Below are positions 45,082 to 48,806 of a stretch of DNA of 48,806 bases, piece after piece. The notes under the pieces were generated by a model, which was not told the DNA's origin, ran no database searches, and saw nothing but the letters and a program-made list of their open reading frames with translations. A program made the position numbers and the translations under genes. Numbering within the stretch: position 1 is the stretch's first letter; each line of letters begins with the position of its first letter. The stretch is from Candidatus Heimdallarchaeota archaeon (GTDB lineage Archaea; Asgardarchaeota; Heimdallarchaeia; Heimdallarchaeales; Heimdallarchaeaceae), in NCBI GenBank assembly GCA_030608385.1, contig JAUWEG010000003.1:1-48806 (forward strand), read 5' to 3'.

Positions 45082-46077
45082 TTAGAGATATATTTTGTTA
45101 GCATTTTCCCAGTAGATTTTTTTGAGTATTTCTTGTGAAAAATCCAAACCAAAAATCTTTGTTTCATTGTTATTCTCAGGATCAGGAATCGGAAAGGGCA
45201 ATCCCTCTACATCGGTTTCAAACAAAGCTTGGAAACTAAGGAAACGGTTAATATAATATCCTGGAATTGGTTCTCTATCTGTTCTTCCTGCTACAAAATC
45301 AGTTCCAAACATGATTCTATCCTTATGTTTTTTGAAGAATTTTATAACTTCATCTCGTTTATGTGCAAATTCTCTAACCATCCATTTTGCTGATCCAGTA
45401 TCTACAAAGAGATTTGGAAATTTATCTAGCCATGAGTCTAGTAGTGGTAGATTTTCAGGTTGCGAAGCTAAATGTGCTCCGACAATTCTTAGCTTAGGAT
45501 ACTTCTCTAGTATATTTTTTAATGCATTAATGTGGTCTTTCTTAACGCCATATTTGCTTGCAGGCTGATAGTTTTTCTCATAGAGTAAATCTGGATCACT
45601 AACATGAAGAAGTAAGGTAAATCGAAGATCTTCTAACTTGGTGAAAAGAGGTTCTAATTTGGGGTCATTCAAGTGAACATCTTTAGTTCGAAACTCTATT
45701 TTCAAATCTTCTGATTTGAAATAATTAACCCATCTTGGAGAAAACCAGAGTTTTCCAAGTTTGAAGCCATCTTCATAAGCTTTGTCAAGATGGTCAAGAG
45801 AGCCCTTGAGGTTATCTTGTAAGGCTTCTCTTATGGAAAGGAAGATTGAATAAACAAAGAGGTCTGGAAATTCTCTTTCTATTTCATCCCTACTTTTTGT
45901 GTCCCTAACAATTCCAAAGATTTTCTTGACGTTGAATTCTTCTTCGTATTTGACCATTGTTTTTACGTCTGCTACATTACCTAGATGAGTATGAGCATCA
46001 AATACTGGACCAGTATATTTTCTTTGCATAGTTTTAAAGTAAGGATTCATGTTGTTCTCTACGTAGTCCGCATCCAT
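45082..46077 (-). CDS. metal-dependent amidohydrolase-fold (TIM barrel) hydrolase
   Basis: An N-terminal FDAHTHLG motif (HxH metal ligands), later HVSD/GAHL and a C-terminal FGTDF are typical of the amidohydrolase_2-like family. Confidence 0.7.
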   Translation of the reverse strand: MDADYVENNMNPYFKTMQRKYTGPVFDAHTHLGNVADVKTMVKYEEEFNVKKIFGIVRDTKSRDEIEREFPDLFVYSIFLSIREALQDNLKGSLDHLDKAYEDGFKLGKLWFSPRWVNYFKSEDLKIEFRTKDVHLNDPKLEPLFTKLEDLRFTLLLHVSDPDLLYEKNYQPASKYGVKKDHINALKNILEKYPKLRIVGAHLASQPENLPLLDSWLDKFPNLFVDTGSAKWMVREFAHKRDEVIKFFKKHKDRIMFGTDFVAGRTDREPIPGYYINRFLSFQALFETDVEGLPFPIPDPENNNETKIFGLDFSQEILKKIYWENANKIYL

Positions 46078-46163
46078 TAGAAGCTCTCCAAAAGTAAAAA
46101 AACAAGCCTACTTATCTAAATTGTGATTATACAATAATTAAAAAAAGAGAGTAGGAAGAAGAA

Positions 46164-48041
46164 TTATTTCTTTCTTCTTCGAATAATCAAGGCATTTACG
46201 AATATTACTGGAACTATAAAAATAATATAAGTCAAATTACCGAGTTCTGGAACTCCAGGCGGAATACTACTTAATGGATAGGTATCATTAACTCCCCATG
46301 CACCATCTAAAGTATAATTTCCACTCACATGGTCGTTCCAATAATTGCCTTCCATATTCCAAGGATCATCCCACATATTCAAACTATTTGTATCATCAAA
46401 AGCTTGTGAAGTTCCCCCTAGATTGTTAGAGATGAATGCATTGTGGTGTATCCAACTACCTGTAGATGAAGCATCTAAATGTAAAGCATAGCCTGTATTA
46501 CTTTCAAAGAGATTGTGAGAAATGTTTACATAATCAAAATTTAAAAACATTAATCCTACAGAACCCGCATTTGTGAAAGCATTGTATTTAATGTTTCCTG
46601 CTGCACCTTCAGCTATGTAAGCATTTGTGATTGTATTTTGATTGAAAGTACTATTAAGGATTGTAGAATTAGTACTGGAAACCATCTGCAATCCATACAT
46701 ATTATTGCTGGAGGTACAATTCTGTATCACTGTATCAATTCCTCCACCTACAAAGATTCCAGGTTTGGTAGGATTATGATTACATAAAGTGTTGCTAACT
46801 GTGCAATTCATCGTTCCTTCAAGCAACACGCTTCCACCGACATTGTTATTAAAATCACAATTATCTACAACAGTAGAATCACATCCAATAAGGGCTACAG
46901 CATAATCTGTTTGGCTAATTGTCAGATCTTTAACAACAGAGTTGTCACAAGCTGCTAAAACTAATTGACCAAAGATATTACTCGAAAAAATTGTGTCATC
47001 TGTATCATAATAGAATCCTAGTTGTTTTCCATTAACCATATTGTTTGAAACACTTAGAGTTCCATAATCTACTAATGAGGACAAGTTAAAACGAAAACCA
47101 TCATTAGTAAGTGTATTATCTGCGATTAAAGTTCCTGTAGATTGAGCTATAAGAATACCTGCTCCGTCATTTGAATAGACAGTATTGTTAGCAATATTAC
47201 CATCAACTGAAAATTGAATGAAAATCCCATTGAAAGTATTATCATGTAGAATATTAAATGTAATATCAGTATTTGTATCTGAAAATGTTGCAATCCCATG
47301 ATAGGAATTATCGTAGCATTCGTTATCCCAGATAGAGGTGAGAGTTGAGCTTCCAACATAAATCCCAGCATAGTTGTTATTATAACAGATATTTTCTGTT
47401 GCATTACAGTAATCACTATCGACTATCCTTAATCCATACTCGGTATTTTGGTGTAATTTATTATCTATATAATTACAGTAATCCGCGAGAGTACCATATA
47501 TACCTGTAGCACCATTGATGCAAGTATTATTCTTAACTAGAGCATGGGCAGCGGTATCCACATTGATCCCATATGAAGTGCTACCATCACAATAGTTGTT
47601 CGTAATATTAGCGTAATCACTACCAATGATTCGAATACCAAAAGGACTATCATCGAGAATATTGTTGTCGATTTCAACAGAGCGTTCTGCTGCAAGATAT
47701 ATGTAAATACCATAAATATTTGCTTCTATGAAGCAGTTACGTATGGCAAAGTTCACAGTAGTGTCTCTAATATAAATTCCATAAGTATCAGTTGTAATGA
47801 TTTCTAAATTTTCAATTACATAAGGGTCAATTGCAGTACCAGAACCACTTGAACTGTTTCCTACTAGGTCAGAATCGTTATCGATATACAAAGGAACACT
47901 TGTTGTATAGTTTAAACGCCTGAAATTCTCCTGTGGAACCTGTTGAGTCGAACTAACACCTACCATTGAGAAAGTAGTCGTTAGTAGTATAATAAGAGAA
48001 AAAATTCCTAGTTTATTGTTTCTTTTTATTCTTTTATTCAT
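46164..48041 (-). CDS. secreted right-handed parallel beta-helix (PbH1/NosD-like) repeat surface protein with C-terminal TM anchor
   Basis: It has a signal peptide and more than 15 repeats of about 22 aa (N.I..N...GI.. pattern). N-x-S/T sequons are very frequent. The C-terminus is YIIFIVPVIFVNALIIRRRKK. Confidence 0.8.
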   Translation of the reverse strand: MNKRIKRNNKLGIFSLIILLTTTFSMVGVSSTQQVPQENFRRLNYTTSVPLYIDNDSDLVGNSSSGSGTAIDPYVIENLEIITTDTYGIYIRDTTVNFAIRNCFIEANIYGIYIYLAAERSVEIDNNILDDSPFGIRIIGSDYANITNNYCDGSTSYGINVDTAAHALVKNNTCINGATGIYGTLADYCNYIDNKLHQNTEYGLRIVDSDYCNATENICYNNNYAGIYVGSSTLTSIWDNECYDNSYHGIATFSDTNTDITFNILHDNTFNGIFIQFSVDGNIANNTVYSNDGAGILIAQSTGTLIADNTLTNDGFRFNLSSLVDYGTLSVSNNMVNGKQLGFYYDTDDTIFSSNIFGQLVLAACDNSVVKDLTISQTDYAVALIGCDSTVVDNCDFNNNVGGSVLLEGTMNCTVSNTLCNHNPTKPGIFVGGGIDTVIQNCTSSNNMYGLQMVSSTNSTILNSTFNQNTITNAYIAEGAAGNIKYNAFTNAGSVGLMFLNFDYVNISHNLFESNTGYALHLDASSTGSWIHHNAFISNNLGGTSQAFDDTNSLNMWDDPWNMEGNYWNDHVSGNYTLDGAWGVNDTYPLSSIPPGVPELGNLTYIIFIVPVIFVNALIIRRRKK

Positions 48042-48115
48042 CTAATCACAAGAAGTTATTAGGTAGAATGTCATATAAAACATTTACTGGAAACAATACA
48101 ATTTTAATGTCGGCA

Positions 48116-48806
48116 TTAAATCCCTAGTAACTTTCTAAAATCTATATCCTTGTAACTCATTATGTTTATCAGACTAGAAATATTCTCTTTATCTAAAGAG
48201 CTACCTGAATATTTCTTCAAGAGCTTATCTACTTCTTCAGTTGCTCTTTGAGTAACAGATCTTCTACCCTTGTTTATCCATTCTTCATTAGTTGAACGAT
48301 CGATTATTTTATTCGGTATAAATTGTTCTTCTCTAAACCACTTCAGTGTATGATCGTGAGAAAGCAAATGAGTCTTTTCTTCTAAATCAATTAGCAGATT
48401 TTTTGCTATAGGTTCATCTCTTTGAACAATTCCTTTATTGAATCTGTGGATCATTCCACACATCTGATTATCAATGACTACTTTCTGAATGCTTTGTGTG
48501 GTTTCAAAATCAATCATTCCTGCCCCAGATATCATATTTACCCCTTTAATCCCTGCTAAAAGAGCCCCCATTCCAGATTCAAATCCAGATTGCATATCTA
48601 GTATTTTTGTATCTGACATTCCTAAATATGCATGAGTTGGTAGATTGAGATATTTGCCAATTTCTACGTACCCTAGATCAAGAATCATCGTATCAATAGA
48701 ACCCATAGGCGTAGTGGCTTTCCTCATATCGAAAACTGCGGGAGAACCTCCCCATATTACAGGCGCTCCTGGAGATACAAGTTGAGTTATAACTAATCCA
48801 GCTAAT
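48116..48806 (-). CDS. MttB-superfamily (trimethylamine/quaternary-amine) methyltransferase, C-terminal part; 5' end lies beyond the window
   Basis: The reading frame stays open to the window edge (LAGLVITQLVSPGAPVIWGGSPAVFDMRKATTPMGS...). The sequence is MttB-like (MSDTKILDMQSGFESGMGALLAG, VVIDNQMCGMI). There is no in-frame stop in the visible part. Confidence 0.8.
   Translation of the reverse strand, partial: LAGLVITQLVSPGAPVIWGGSPAVFDMRKATTPMGSIDTMILDLGYVEIGKYLNLPTHAYLGMSDTKILDMQSGFESGMGALLAGIKGVNMISGAGMIDFETTQSIQKVVIDNQMCGMIHRFNKGIVQRDEPIAKNLLIDLEEKTHLLSHDHTLKWFREEQFIPNKIIDRSTNEEWINKGRRSVTQRATEEVDKLLKKYSGSSLDKENISSLINIMSYKDIDFRKLLGI

Noticed and set aside
1-48806. A search for CRISPR arrays, tRNA/rRNA genes, transposases/integrases, prophage genes and compositional islands.
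   Set aside because: I saw no regularly spaced direct repeats, no GC-rich structured RNA-like segments in the intergenic regions, and no recombinase or transposase motifs. Composition is uniform by eye. A covariance-model or repeat-finder scan would be needed to be certain.
48116-48806. An in-frame amber (pyrrolysine) codon in the MttB homologue.
   Set aside because: The frame is open without any stop across the whole visible fragment, so there is no evidence for Pyl here. The N-terminal part is outside the window.

Overview
A 48.8 kb, AT-rich (about one-third GC by eye), densely coding chromosomal segment with about 34 protein genes. I found no rRNA, tRNA, CRISPR array or recognisable mobile element. 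The gene content and signals look archaeal: type-2 methionine aminopeptidase, an archaetidylserine synthase/decarboxylase pair, TrmB-type wHTH, a DUF61-like protein, and TATA boxes about 30 nt upstream of leaderless ATGs plus GGTGA Shine-Dalgarno motifs inside operons. Several bacterial-type genes are mixed in: dnaK-dnaJ, class I GAPDH, ornithine aminotransferase and ABC transporters. The many PAS domains, a non-Pyl MttB homologue and large surface proteins are compatible with a Lokiarchaeia/Asgard-like genome, but I cannot verify that from sequence alone.

The best candidate for an undescribed system is a self-contained three-gene operon at about 16.26-23.35 kb:
- a STAND/ORC-like P-loop ATPase with wHTH and TPR (alpha-SNAP-like) repeats;
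- a 482-aa all-helical coiled-coil protein;
- a 1257-aa protein in which a TrmB wHTH and a TrmB-like C-terminal domain are separated by about 1000 aa of coiled-coil rod.

Other notable items:
- a ParM/Ta0583-like actin-fold ATPase paired divergently with an unknown gene;
- an 11-PAS protein ending in a histidine-less DHp-like helix with no kinase domain;
- a fused MalF-MalG permease with an FN3-like ectodomain and an inserted polytopic module;
- an M24B protein lacking two metal ligands;
- a cysteine-free tandem Moco-fold membrane protein;
- three surface proteins that share a C-terminal TM-plus-polybasic tail.
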